A DNA stretch of 64,000 bases from an uncultured Actinomycetes bacterium (GTDB lineage: Bacteria; Actinomycetota; Thermoleophilia; RBG-16-64-13): contig CAVVEI010000014.1 of the NCBI GenBank assembly GCA_963747275.1, positions 72,774-136,773 of the forward strand, given 5' to 3'. The notes under the pieces were generated by a model, which saw nothing but the letters and a program-made list of their open reading frames with translations, was not told where the DNA came from and made no database searches. A program made the translations under genes and the position numbers. Positions 30,810-40,857 of this stretch are shown one piece after another; the stretch's first letter is position 1; the number at the start of each line of letters is the position of its first letter.

Positions 30810-32504
30810 GTGGAAAAGGTCGGTAGAAGTACGGTGAAAGTCGATGTAGGCGAGCACGGGCTCAAGCAGCACGACCTGCGGGTCTGGACCGTCATGTTCA
30901 TGGTCTTCTCACTCGTGGCCGCGGGGGCCTATGGCATCGAGGAGATGATTCCCGCCTCGGGTGCGGGCCTGACGCTGATCATGCTCATGGTGCTCCCTTT
31001 CTTGTGGGGCTTGCCGTTCGGTCTGGTGGCCTCAGAGCTTGGCTCCGTCAGGCCACAAGAAGGCGGCTATTACAAGTGGGTGCAGGAAGCTCTGGGCGAG
31101 TTCTGGGGTTTCATGGCCGGCTGGTGGCGGACCATCTCTGTCTATATAGATAACACCCTGTACGTGATACTCGCAGGCGGCTACTTAGCCTCTCAGTGGG
31201 ACCTGAACGGCTACGAGCAGTTCGCGATCAAAGCCGCCATGATCATCATCTTCACCTACATCAACATCCGCGGCGTCAAGGACGTTGGCTTCATCACAAC
31301 GATCCTGTCCATCCTGGTCATCGCCGCGTTCGCTATTGTCGCGATCGCGGGCTTCATGAACTGGAGTTTGAACCCGTTCGAGCCTTTCACGTCGCACGGT
31401 GAGATCCTTGGCGTGACGGGTATCTCCTTCTCCGAGTGGATAATGTTCATCGGTGCGGGCTTAGCCATAGGCATGTGGATGTACTCCGGCTATGAGTCCA
31501 TGTCTACCATCGCCGGAGAGCTCAAGAACCCGCAGGTCATCCCGAAGGCCACCCTCCTTACCGTTCCCCTGATCATGGCCGTCTACATAGTGCCGACCAT
31601 CGCGGGCCTCGGCTCCATAGGACAGTGGGATAGTTGGGGTACGACTGCAGACAGCGTCGGGTATGCGGATGTTGTCACTACCTTCTGGGGGGCCGGGTTC
31701 GGCATCTTCTTCATCATCGTCGCCGTCCTGGCACAGTGTTCGATCTACAACACGTACATCGCCTCGGGCTCAAGAGGATTCTTCGCCCTGGCCGATGACC
31801 ATCTGGCGCCGAAAGCACTGGTCAAGGTGGACAAGAAGCACGGCGTGCCGTACGTCGCCGTCTTGTCTGTGGGCATCGTCAACCTGATACTGTGCAACTT
31901 CGCTTTCAGTACGGTCGTCATCGTGGACGTGTTCCTGCTGATCTCGTCGTACATCCTGGTCTACATCTCGGCGATGATCCTCAGAAAGAGGATCCCCAAA
32001 GAGGAGTACAAGTTCAGGATCCCGGGCGGATATCCGTTTCTGGTGCTGCTCTGTGTCGTACCCATCATCATCGGAGTGGTGTCGTTCTTCATCAACGGCA
32101 CCGACTTCTTCATAGGCGGTCTGATAGGCATTGCCACCGGACCCGTCATGTACGTCATCTGGAAGCTGATGTACGGCGGTCTTGCCAAGAAGGACCCGGT
32201 GAACTATCCACTCAATCCGAGGACGCGTCTGGGGATGGGCGACCTGAAGCGGATGGCGGGGGTCTTCTTCGGCTTCGCGGTCGTGGGCTTCGCGGCTGTC
32301 CCGTGGTTGAGATGGTTCGAGGGTGATTGGGCGGCGGACTACTACGGCGAGACCTACTCTGCGTGGTACTACGGCTTCTTGGACAACTTCGACAGCATGT
32401 TGACCGCCATCCTCGTCATCGCGGGAATCTTCTTGGCGATAGCCATCGGGCTCGCCATAGCCGCCTTCAAACTCGAGCCGAGAAAGGGAGCGGTGTCCAA
32501 ATGA
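30810..32504 (+). CDS. APC-superfamily amino-acid/polyamine permease.
   Basis: Polytopic ORF 30750-32504. I place the start at in-frame GTG 30810, which lies 6 nt after GAAGGAGGG. Confidence 0.8.
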   Translation: MEKVGRSTVKVDVGEHGLKQHDLRVWTVMFMVFSLVAAGAYGIEEMIPASGAGLTLIMLMVLPFLWGLPFGLVASELGSVRPQEGGYYKWVQEALGEFWGFMAGWWRTISVYIDNTLYVILAGGYLASQWDLNGYEQFAIKAAMIIIFTYINIRGVKDVGFITTILSILVIAAFAIVAIAGFMNWSLNPFEPFTSHGEILGVTGISFSEWIMFIGAGLAIGMWMYSGYESMSTIAGELKNPQVIPKATLLTVPLIMAVYIVPTIAGLGSIGQWDSWGTTADSVGYADVVTTFWGAGFGIFFIIVAVLAQCSIYNTYIASGSRGFFALADDHLAPKALVKVDKKHGVPYVAVLSVGIVNLILCNFAFSTVVIVDVFLLISSYILVYISAMILRKRIPKEEYKFRIPGGYPFLVLLCVVPIIIGVVSFFINGTDFFIGGLIGIATGPVMYVIWKLMYGGLAKKDPVNYPLNPRTRLGMGDLKRMAGVFFGFAVVGFAAVPWLRWFEGDWAADYYGETYSAWYYGFLDNFDSMLTAILVIAGIFLAIAIGLAIAAFKLEPRKGAVSK

Positions 32505-33712
32505 AGGTCCTATTGGTAGGTGTGGGCGGCGTCGGCGAGGCCATCGCCGTCCTCACCAAAGACAAACCGTGGGTGGAGAAGCTGGTGCTGGCCGACTACA
32601 ACGTCGACCGGGCCAAAGAGGTCTTCGCCAAGGTCGGCTCTCCCAAGAAGATGCTGGTGGAGTTCATCGACGCCGGCGACCAGAAGCAGGTGGAGGCGCT
32701 GGCCCGCAAGCACGAGGTCGACCTGATACACAACGCCGTCGACCCGGTCTTCAACGAGGCCATCTTCGACGCTGCCTACGAAGCAGGCTGCAACTACATG
32801 GACATGGCCATGACCCTGTCCACCCCCCACCGCAAGGACCCCTACAACGTCTGCGGCGTCAAGCTGGGCGACTACCAGTTCGAGCGCGCCGATAAGTGGG
32901 AGAAGAAGGGGCTGCTCGCCTTCGTGGGCATGGGCGTGGAACCAGGCATGGCCGACGTGTTCGCCAAGTACGCCGAGAAGAACCTCTTCGATGAGATCGA
33001 CGAGATCGGCGTGCGCGACGGCGCCAACCTGGAGGTCCGGGGGTACGAGTTCGCCCCCAACTTCTCCATCTGGACCACCATCGAGGAGTGCCTCAACGCT
33101 CCGGTGGTTTGGGAGAAGGACAAGGGCTGGTTCACCACCCAGCCGTTCTCGGAGCCCGAGATCTTTGAGTTCCCTGAGGGCATCGGCCCGGTGGAGTGTG
33201 TGAACGTCGAACACGAAGAGGTGCTGCTGGCGCCGCGCTGGGTCAAGTGCAAGCGGGTGACCTTCAAGTACGGCCTGGGCGACGAGTTCATAGGCGTGCT
33301 CAAGACCATCAAGATGCTGGGCCTCGACAACCGCTTCCCCATTGACGTCAAGGGCGTCAAAGTGGCCCCACGCGACGTGGTGGCAGCCTGTCTGCCCGAC
33401 CCAGCGCACCTGGGCGACCAGATGTTCGGCAAGACCTGCGCCGGCACCTGGGTCAAGGGCACGAAGGACGGCAAGCCCCGCCAAGTCTACCTGTACCAGG
33501 TGGCCGACAACGAGACCTGCATGAAGAAGTACGGCGTGCAGGCGGTGGTCTGGCAGACGGCCGTCAACCCCGTCATCGCCTGGGAGTTGCTGGAGACCGG
33601 AGTCTGGAAGGGCAAGGGCGTGCTTGGCCCCGAGGCCTTCGACCCCGACCCGTTCATGGAACTCATGCCCAAGTACGACTTCCCCTATGGCCTCAAGGAG
33701 ATGAAGGCCTGA
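32501..33712 (+). CDS. Saccharopine dehydrogenase-family NAD(P) enzyme (carboxynorspermidine / lysine dehydrogenase-like).
   Basis: ATG 32501 overlaps the permease stop (ATGA). It starts MKVLLVGVGGVGEAIAVL (Rossmann fold) and is a 403-aa intact reading. The longer ORF from 32327 is a spurious 5' extension. Confidence 0.75.
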   Translation: MKVLLVGVGGVGEAIAVLTKDKPWVEKLVLADYNVDRAKEVFAKVGSPKKMLVEFIDAGDQKQVEALARKHEVDLIHNAVDPVFNEAIFDAAYEAGCNYMDMAMTLSTPHRKDPYNVCGVKLGDYQFERADKWEKKGLLAFVGMGVEPGMADVFAKYAEKNLFDEIDEIGVRDGANLEVRGYEFAPNFSIWTTIEECLNAPVVWEKDKGWFTTQPFSEPEIFEFPEGIGPVECVNVEHEEVLLAPRWVKCKRVTFKYGLGDEFIGVLKTIKMLGLDNRFPIDVKGVKVAPRDVVAACLPDPAHLGDQMFGKTCAGTWVKGTKDGKPRQVYLYQVADNETCMKKYGVQAVVWQTAVNPVIAWELLETGVWKGKGVLGPEAFDPDPFMELMPKYDFPYGLKEMKA

Positions 33713-33852
33713 GATGTACCGGTCGGTTACGCGGGAACAAGCGCCCCTCCCCACCCCCTCTTGCTGGGGGCGGGGAGCGTGGCGCGTCAAGGGCGGTGAT
33801 AGCTCCCTGGTGACCTGGCCGCATCCTGTCGCAACAAAGGAGCTGTGAGGCA

Positions 33853-35242
33853 ATGACCGCATCACCTGCCAAGATCGACCGTAAGCTAGTCGCCGAACTC
33901 ATGGCGCGCGAGGAGAAGCGCCTAGAGGACGAGACCCCCAAGTCGTACGAGATGTTCAAGCGGGCGTCCAAGTCGCTCGTCAACGGAGTCTCGTCCACCT
34001 ACCAGGCGCGCGATCCCTATCCCCTCTACTTCACCCACGGCAAGGGCAGCAAGATCTATTCGGTCGACGGTCGCGAGATCAGCGACTTTCACAACGGTTT
34101 CGGCTGCATGGTCCAGGGACACGCGCATCCGGCCATAGTCGAGACCATCAAGAAGCGCTGTGAGCTCGGCACCCAGTTCGCCCTGCCCACCGAGGACTCC
34201 ATCATCGTGGCCGAGCATCTGGCCAAGAACTTCCGCCTGCCCAAGTGGCGCTTTGTGAACTCCGGCTCCGAGGCCACCATGGACGCCATCCGCATCGCCC
34301 GCGCCTACACGGGCCGCGACCAGGTGCTCAAGATCTTCGGCTCGTACCACGGCCACCACGACTACGTCATGGTCAGCCTGGGTGTGGCCGACTTCGGCGA
34401 CATCGGCCCCCGAGACAACTACAAGTCCATCTCGTACGGCGCCGGTATCCCCCAGTCGTCCATAGATATGACCTCCGCGGTGCCTTTCAACGACCCAGAG
34501 GCCATGGAAGCCCGCATCGACAGGTTGATCAAAGAAGGGCGCAAGCCGGCCTGCCTGATCATGGAAGCCGCCATGATGAACCTGGGCGTGGTGCTGCCCG
34601 AGCCGGGCTACCTGCAGGCGGTGCGTGACATCACCAAGAAGCACGGCATCGTGCTCATCTTCGACGAGGTCAAGACCGGCATCTGCACGGCTCCCGGTGG
34701 CGCGGTGGAGCGCTTCGGCGTGGTGCCCGACATGGTCACCTTGGCCAAGGCCCTCGCCGGCGGTCTGCCCTCCGGCGCCATCGGCGCCACCGAGGAGGTC
34801 ATGTCGGTGGTGGCGAGCGGCAAGGTCTACCAGGTGGGCACCTACAGCGGCAACCCGCTGGCCATGGCGGCCGCCCGCACCAGCCTGGAGCAGGTCATGA
34901 CCCCCGATGCCTACAAGCACCTGAACTACCTGAACGACCGCCTGATCACAGAGCTGGACGCCATCGGAGCCAAGTACGACTTCCCCGGCTACACGGTGGG
35001 CATCTCGTCCAAGGGCTGCTTCAACTTCTCCTCGGGCAAGATCACCGACTACGAGTCGTTCATCAAGTATCCAGGACGTCGAACTCTGCAACCTGGCCTG
35101 GCTGTACAACATGAACCGCGGCGTGATCATCGCCCCGGGGCGCGAAGAAGAGTGGACCCTGTCGGTGCAGCACACCGACGAGGACATCGACCGCTTCGTG
35201 AACGCCTTTGAAGAGCTGGTCAAGGAAGTGACCACGCTAGCC
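33853..35242 (+). CDS. Class-III aminotransferase (glutamate-1-semialdehyde aminomutase-like subgroup). The frame is broken once near 35071, and no stop codon precedes the next gene.
   Basis: Motifs are FVNSGSEATMDAIRIARAYTGR, DEVKTG and TLAKALAGGLP. ORF 33853-35211 continues in ORF 35111-35776 (QDVELCNLAWLYNMNRGVIIAPGREEEW...FEELVKEVTTLA). The 3' end is set arbitrarily at the next gene's ATG. Confidence 0.7.
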
Positions 35243-36564
35243 ATGGACAACAAGGAGCTCATCGGGCTGCGGGAGGAGAACGTCCCCCGCGGCGTCTACA
35301 ACTACTTCCCCGCCTTTGCCGACCACGCAAAGAACGCGGTGATCACCGATGTCGAAGGCCGGGAGTTCATAGACTTGGCCGGCGGCATAGGCGTTATGAA
35401 CGTCGGCCACTGCCACCCCAAAGTGGTCGAAGCTGTTCAGCGCCAGGCGGAGAGGTTCTCGCACACCTCGTTCAACGTGATGATGTACGAGCCGTACGTC
35501 CGTCTGGCGGAGAAGCTCAACCAGGCCGCTCCGGGCAAGAATCCCGAAGAAGACCATGTTCGTCAACTCGGGCGCCGAGGCCGTGGAGAACGGCATCAAG
35601 ATCGCCCGCTACTACACCGGGCGAGACGCGGTCATCGCCTTCGAGGGCGCTTTCCACGGGCGCACCATGCTGGGCTGACCCTCACCTCCAAGGTGCTGCC
35701 CTACAAGACCGGCTTCGGTCCCTTCGCCCCGAGGTCTACCGCATCCCCTACGCCTACTGTTATCGCTGCCCGGTGAGCGACACCTATCCCGGACTGCGGG
35801 GGGCGCTGCGCCGAGCTTCTGACCGACGCCTTCGAGCAGTATGTGGAGGCCTCTACGGTGGCGGCCGTGATCATCGAGCCGGTGCTGGGTGAGGGCGGTT
35901 TCGTCGCCGCGCCGCCCGAGTACCTGCGGCGCATCAAGCAGATCTGCGAGGACCACGGCATCGTCTTCATCGCCGACGAGATCCAGACCGGCATGGGCCG
36001 CACCGGCAAGTACTTCGCCATCGAGCACGCGGATATAGAGCCCGACCTCTTGCTCTCGGCCAAGTCGCTGGGCTCGGGCTACCCCATCGCCGCGGTCACC
36101 GGACTGGCGGAGATCATGGACTCGCCGCCGCCGGGCTCCATAGGCGGCACGTACGGAGGCAACCCGGTCGCCTGTGCCGCGGCGCTGGCGGTGTTCGACA
36201 TAATCGAGTCGGAGAACCTGCTGACGCGGGCCGAGGCCATCGGCAAGCGCATACGCGCAAGCATGCAGGATCTGCAGGCCAAGTATCCCGTCGTGGGCGA
36301 CGTCCGCGGCTTGGGCGCCATGATGGCCATGGAGCTGGTCGTAGACCGCGACACCAAGCAGCCGGCCGCCGCGCTGGCCAAGGAAGTGCGAAACGGTGCG
36401 TTCGAGCGCGGGGTCCTCTCCCTGCTCGCCGGCGCCGGCGACAACGTGGTCAGGGTGTCTGGTGCCGCTCACCATCGAAGACGAGGTGCTGGAGCGCGGT
36501 CTAGCCGCGAGTCGAGGCCGCGCTGGAGGCAGCGGTCGCCAAGCACGATAGGGACCACCCGTGA
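35243..36564 (+). CDS. Class-III aminotransferase (4-aminobutyrate aminotransferase-like subgroup). The frame is broken about 6 times (35540, 35675, 35731, 35791, 36458, 36510).
   Basis: It starts [62 protein letters not shown]. It then reads [42 protein letters not shown] and [10 protein letters not shown] across several frames. Its stop overlaps GTG 36561. Confidence 0.75.
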
Positions 36565-39238
36565 ACAAGGTGACGCTGACCGTCAATGGCATCAGCCACG
36601 AGGTCAGCGCCGACGCCGACCTGTGCCTGCTGGACTACTTGCGTGACGGGCTGCACCTCACCGGAGCCAAGCAGTCCTGTGACAAGAAGGGCCAATGCGG
36701 TGCCTGCACCGTGATCGTGGACGGCAAGGCCGTACGGTCGTGCCTGAGCAAGGTGGCCAAGCTGGACGGGGCGGACGTAATCACGGTCGAAGGACTGGGC
36801 ACACCCGCCAACCCGCACCTCATTCAAGAGGCCTTCGTGTTGTCCGGGCGCGATCCAGTGCGGCTTCTGCACTCCGGGCATGATCATGGCTGCCAAGGTG
36901 CTGCTGGACCAGACCTTGGACCCCACCGACGAGCAGATCAAGAAGGCGTTGGTGCACAACCTCTGCCGCTGCACCGGCTATGTGAAGATCATCGAAGCGG
37001 TCCGGTTGGCCGGGCAGTTCCTCCGCGGTGAGACGACTCCCGCGCAGGTGCGGCCGGACCCGGACGGGCCCAAGGTGGGAGTCTCGCACCCCCGGCCTTC
37101 GTCGCTGGTCAAGGCCTGCGGGGTGGCTCAGTTCACCGCTGACATAGTGGTGCCGGGAGCGCTGGAGTTGGTGGGAGTCAGGAGCCCCCATCCAGCACGC
37201 TCTCATCAAGGGCATAGACACCACGGCCGCCGAGAATGATGCCGGGCGTGGTGGGCGTGCTCACGGCCAAGGACGTCAAGGGCACCAACCGGCTCAAGTA
37301 CGTCTCTCGACGACCGCCCGATACTGTGCGAGGACAAGGTGCGCTACATCGGCGACCCGGTGGCCGCCGTCGCCGCCCTCACCCGGAACCAGGCAGTGGC
37401 GGCCGCCGCGGCCGTGAAGGTGAGTACGAACTCCTGCCGGTCATCGACACCTTCGAGAAGGCGCTGGCCGCGGACGCCGTGCAGGTGCACGCCGACCGAC
37501 CCAACGTGAGCTTCAGGCAACCCGTTCTCAAGGGCGACGCCGAGAAGGCCTTTGCGGACTCGGCCGTGGTGGTCGAGGCCCGGTTTCGTCACGCAGACCA
37601 ACCACCAGGCTCCTTTGGAGCCGGAACCGGCCGTCGCGTACCTCGAAGGCGAGGGCGAGGACGCTCAGCTGGTCGTGATCGGACGCAGCATCAACATCCA
37701 CAAGCACTTGCAGATGCTGCAAGAAGGTACCGGCTGGGAGAACATGCGCTACGAGGAGGCCTTCTCCGGGGGCCAGTTCGGCATCAAGCTGGACATCACC
37801 TCCGAGGGCATAGCGGCCGTGGCTGCATTGCACTTCCGACGCCCAGTGCGCTACATACCCAGTCTGATAGAGGCCATGCAGATGACCTCCAAGCGGCACG
37901 CCTTCGACATGCAGGTCAAGCTGGGCGCCGACGCTCAGGGCCACCTCACTGCCTACAAGAACCACTTCGTGGCCGACAGCGGCGCATATTGGTCCAACAG
38001 TGACGTGGTGATACTGCGGGCCCTGCACATGCTGTCGGGGTCGTACCACATCCCCAATCTCGATATCTCCGCCACGGTGGTCTACACCAACAACCCGTGG
38101 ACCTCGGCCGCCCGCGGGGCGGGGCCGCCTCAGACCAACTTCGCGCTCGAGAGCGCCATGGACATGCTGGCCCAGAAGCTGGGCATGGACCCCCTGGAGT
38201 TCAGGGTGCTCAACCTGCTCGCTCCCGGGCAGAGCAAAGCGACCGGGCACGTGGTCGAAGAGTGGCCGGTGCTGGGTCTGTGCGAAGCCATCAAGCCGCA
38301 CTACGAGCGGGCCAAGCGTGACGCCCAAGCGGGCAGCACCGACCTGGTCAAGCGAGGCGTGGGAATGGGCACCGGTTCGTTCGGCATCGGGGCCGCCGGC
38401 GACACGGCCACCGTGTCCGTGGAGCTGGACCCGGACGGCGGACTCACCGTCTACGGCGCCGTGGCCGATCCGGGCGAGGGCAACGACTCTATGCTCACCC
38501 AGACCGCCGCGGACATGCTGGACCTGCCGCTGGACAAGGTGCAGGCTGGTCACGCGCGACACCGATCACACCGCGGCCAGCGGCCCGGCGGCCGCCAGCA
38601 GGCTCACCTACATGGCCGGTGGAGCCATGGTGAATGCCATCGAGCAGTTGCAGGCGGCCATGGCCCAGGCAGGTGCGACCAAGGCAGATGCGACTACCTG
38701 CGACCGGCTGAAGCAGGCTGGGCTGAAGACCCGCTACCTGGGCACCAAGAAGACCGGCTACTCCGGTCCGCTCGATCCGCAGACGGGCCAAGGTCCGTCG
38801 TTCGAGTCGCAGGTGCATGCGGTGCAGTTGGTGGAAGTCGAAGTGAACACGCAGACCGGCGCGGTGACCATAGTCAAGATGACTACGGCGGTCGACGCGG
38901 GCACGATCATCAACCCCCTGAACGTCATCGGGCAGCTCGAAGGTGGCATGGACATGGGCGCCGGCTACGCACTGCGCGAGCAGTACGTCGCAGGCCAGAC
39001 CAAGGACTGGAACACCTTCAAGTTCCCCAGCATCCGCACGGCCTTTGATATGGAAGTGATCATCAGAGAGACGCCGCGCAAGTACGGCACCCGGGGCTCG
39101 GTGGGAGTCGGCGAGATGACCATGGTGCCTACCGCCCCCGCGGTGGTGAACGCCATCGAGGATGCCGTGGGCATCCGCGTGACCGAGCTACCGGCGACAC
39201 CGGACAGGATCACGGCCGCTCTCGCGGCCAAAGGGTAG
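36561..39238 (+). CDS. Mop-type aldehyde oxidoreductase, copy 1 (xanthine-oxidase family; fused 2x[2Fe-2S] + Moco domains with no FAD domain). The frame is broken about 7 times.
   Basis: The N-terminus is [15 protein letters not shown]...CDKKGQCGACTV...AIQCGFCTPGMIM...CRCTGY. The Moco part reads HALIKGIDTTAAENMPGVVGVL, TNHQAPLEPEPAVAY and GVGEMTMVPTAPAVVNAI. It is traced through ORFs 36561-37031, 36880-37239, 37236-38003, 37552-39048 and 38318-39238. Confidence 0.8.
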
Positions 39239-39290
39239 GAGGCCGCCATGCCGCACTCCTGTCGACGGGAACCATAGCCCAGCGGATGCC

Positions 39291-39632
39291 ATGGAACCGA
39301 CGACCGTTCTGGGCGAGCATTTTCGAGTCGTGGCCGGCAGGAGCCTCCTCTTTGACGAGGAGGGCTTTCTGTGCCACGTGGACGACTGGACCGAGGACGT
39401 CGCCGGAGGGTTGGCGGCGGAGTCGGGCCTGGTGGGGCTGGACGACGCGCAATGGCGGGTGCTCCTATTCTTGCGCGAGTTCTACTATGAGAACGGCCGG
39501 TCTCCGCTCAACCGTAAGATCGTCGAGGGTGTGGGCATGAGTCTGCTGGAGCTGGAGCGCATGTTTCCCGGAGGCATCCGCTCCGGGGCCAAGCGCCTAG
39601 CCGGTCTGCCGAACCCTAGGCGGTGCGCATGA
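39291..39632 (+). CDS. TusE/DsrC-family small sulfur-carrier-like protein (single C-terminal Cys type).
   Basis: Intact 113-aa ORF. The family-typical C-terminus is ...LFLREFYYENGRSPLNRKIV...MFPGGIRSGAKRLAGLPNPRRCA. The penultimate Cys is present, and a Lys occupies the position of the second DsrC Cys. Confidence 0.75.
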   Translation: MEPTTVLGEHFRVVAGRSLLFDEEGFLCHVDDWTEDVAGGLAAESGLVGLDDAQWRVLLFLREFYYENGRSPLNRKIVEGVGMSLLELERMFPGGIRSGAKRLAGLPNPRRCA

Positions 39633-40801
39633 CCGCCGGCGCACTCAGCCGTGACCTGATCTATCTGGACAACGCGGCCACCTCGTTCCCCAAGCCCAGC
39701 CAGGTCTTGGAGCAGATGGTCGAGACCTACGCCCGCCTGGGGGTGTCCCCCGGCCGCGGGACGTATGACCTGGCCATGGAGGCCGCGGAGTTCGTGACCC
39801 ACGCCCGCGAGCAGGTGACGGCGTTCTTCGGCTCGAGCGACCCGGACAGGGCAGTCTTCGCGGCGAGCGCCACCGACGCGCTCAACTTGGCCATCCAAGG
39901 GCTGGTGAGCGAGGGCGACCACGTGGTCTCCACCCGGCTGGAGCACAACTCGGTCTTGCGGCCCCTGTTTCACCTGAAAGAGCGGGGCAGCATAGACTAC
40001 GACTTGGCGCCCTTCGACGGCGCCGGGCTGGTGGACCCCAGCGACATAGACAGGGCTATCCGGCCGAACACCAGATTGGTGGTGTTGTGCCACGGCTCCC
40101 AGGTGCTGGGCACCGTGCAGCCGGTGGGAGAGATCGCGGCCGTCTGCGCCGCGCACGGCGTCCCGCTGCTGCTGGACGCCGCTCAGACCGCGGGCCAGGT
40201 GCCCGTCGATATGCAGGCGTGGGGCGTGAGCGCCGTGGCCTTCTCGGGGCACAAGGCGCTGCTGGGGCCTTCGGGCATAGGGGGCTTGGTGGTGACTCCG
40301 GACCTGGAGGTGCGGTCCACTCGCTTCGGGGGCACCGGCTTGGAGTCGCACAGTCTGCGCCACACCCAGTCGTACCCGCAGCGGCTGGAGGCGGGGACGG
40401 CCAACCTGTTGGGCATCATCGGCCTCTCCCTCGGTCTGGACTATCTGCAGCGGCTCGGACTCAACGAGTCGCGCGGGCGCGAAATGGCCCTCATACGCCG
40501 CCTGCGCGAGGGGCTTGTCTCCACCCCCGGCGTGAGCGTGCTCAGTCCGGCACCGCGTGATGGCGACCTGCCCTTGCTCACCTGCACCGTGGACGGCATG
40601 GACCCCGAAGACGTAGGCGCTATCCTAGATGCCGACTACGGCATAGCCGCACGGACGGGGCTGCACTGTGCGCCCTTCGTGCATGCCGACCTGGGAGTGG
40701 ACCCCGTGGGCTCGGTCCGCTTCAGTCTGGGGCACGGGAACAGGGACGAAGATATCGATAGGGCTGTCGAGGCCATGGCACAGATAGCCGGAAGGAAGTG
40801 A
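39629..40801 (+). CDS. Class-V PLP enzyme, cysteine desulfurase (SufS/CsdA/NifS-like).
   Basis: ATG 39629 overlaps the TusE-like stop (ATGA). Features are YLDNAATSFP, the PLP-Lys motif SGHKALLGPSGIGGL and the active-site loop RTGLHCAP. The reading is intact. Confidence 0.85.
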   Translation: MTAGALSRDLIYLDNAATSFPKPSQVLEQMVETYARLGVSPGRGTYDLAMEAAEFVTHAREQVTAFFGSSDPDRAVFAASATDALNLAIQGLVSEGDHVVSTRLEHNSVLRPLFHLKERGSIDYDLAPFDGAGLVDPSDIDRAIRPNTRLVVLCHGSQVLGTVQPVGEIAAVCAAHGVPLLLDAAQTAGQVPVDMQAWGVSAVAFSGHKALLGPSGIGGLVVTPDLEVRSTRFGGTGLESHSLRHTQSYPQRLEAGTANLLGIIGLSLGLDYLQRLGLNESRGREMALIRRLREGLVSTPGVSVLSPAPRDGDLPLLTCTVDGMDPEDVGAILDADYGIAARTGLHCAPFVHADLGVDPVGSVRFSLGHGNRDEDIDRAVEAMAQIAGRK

Positions 40802-40813
40802 TAGCTCACACAT

Positions 40814-40857
40814 AGTCAGTTTGCAGTCAGTTTGCAGTCAGCTTGCAGTCAGCTTGT
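40814..40857. repeat. Four head-to-tail copies of an 11-bp direct repeat in the Mop copy-2 upstream region.
   Basis: The copies are AGTCAGTTTGC, AGTCAGTTTGC, AGTCAGCTTGC and AGTCAGCTTGT. The TTGCAG spanning the copy 3/4 junction (40843-40848) is spaced 17 nt from TAGAAA (40866-40871). Confidence 0.9.

Noticed and set aside
32327-32500. 5' extensions of ORFs in the track: 32327 for the saccharopine-dehydrogenase-like gene, 30750 for the permease, 60547 for the bicupin, 22297 for the ALDH, 52659 for ald, 6941 for the GT4 gene and 60469 for livH.
   Set aside because: The extensions overlap the upstream gene or consist of non-coding-like sequence. Internal starts have Shine-Dalgarno motifs and/or stop-start overlaps and match the family N-termini.
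35676-35678. In-frame TGA inside the GabT-like aminotransferase (HGRTMLG-TGA-...), considered as a possible selenocysteine or read-through codon.
   Set aside because: Restoring one C (GGC CTG ACC) gives the expected ...[20 protein letters not shown]... continuation. Three more 1-nt lesions occur within the next 120 nt. Aminotransferases are not selenoproteins, and I see no SECIS-like hairpin.
39291-39632. The DsrC-family protein as a marker of dissimilatory sulfite reduction.
   Set aside because: No dsrAB or dsrMK genes are in the window. The protein lacks the second conserved C-terminal Cys of bona fide DsrC (a Lys is at that position), so it is the TusE/RspA-like single-Cys type.
40814-40857. 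The repeat array, considered as a possible CRISPR or minisatellite.
   Set aside because: The units are 11 bp and directly abutting, with no spacers. There are only four copies and no cas genes. The array is interpreted as a promoter-proximal direct-repeat array instead.
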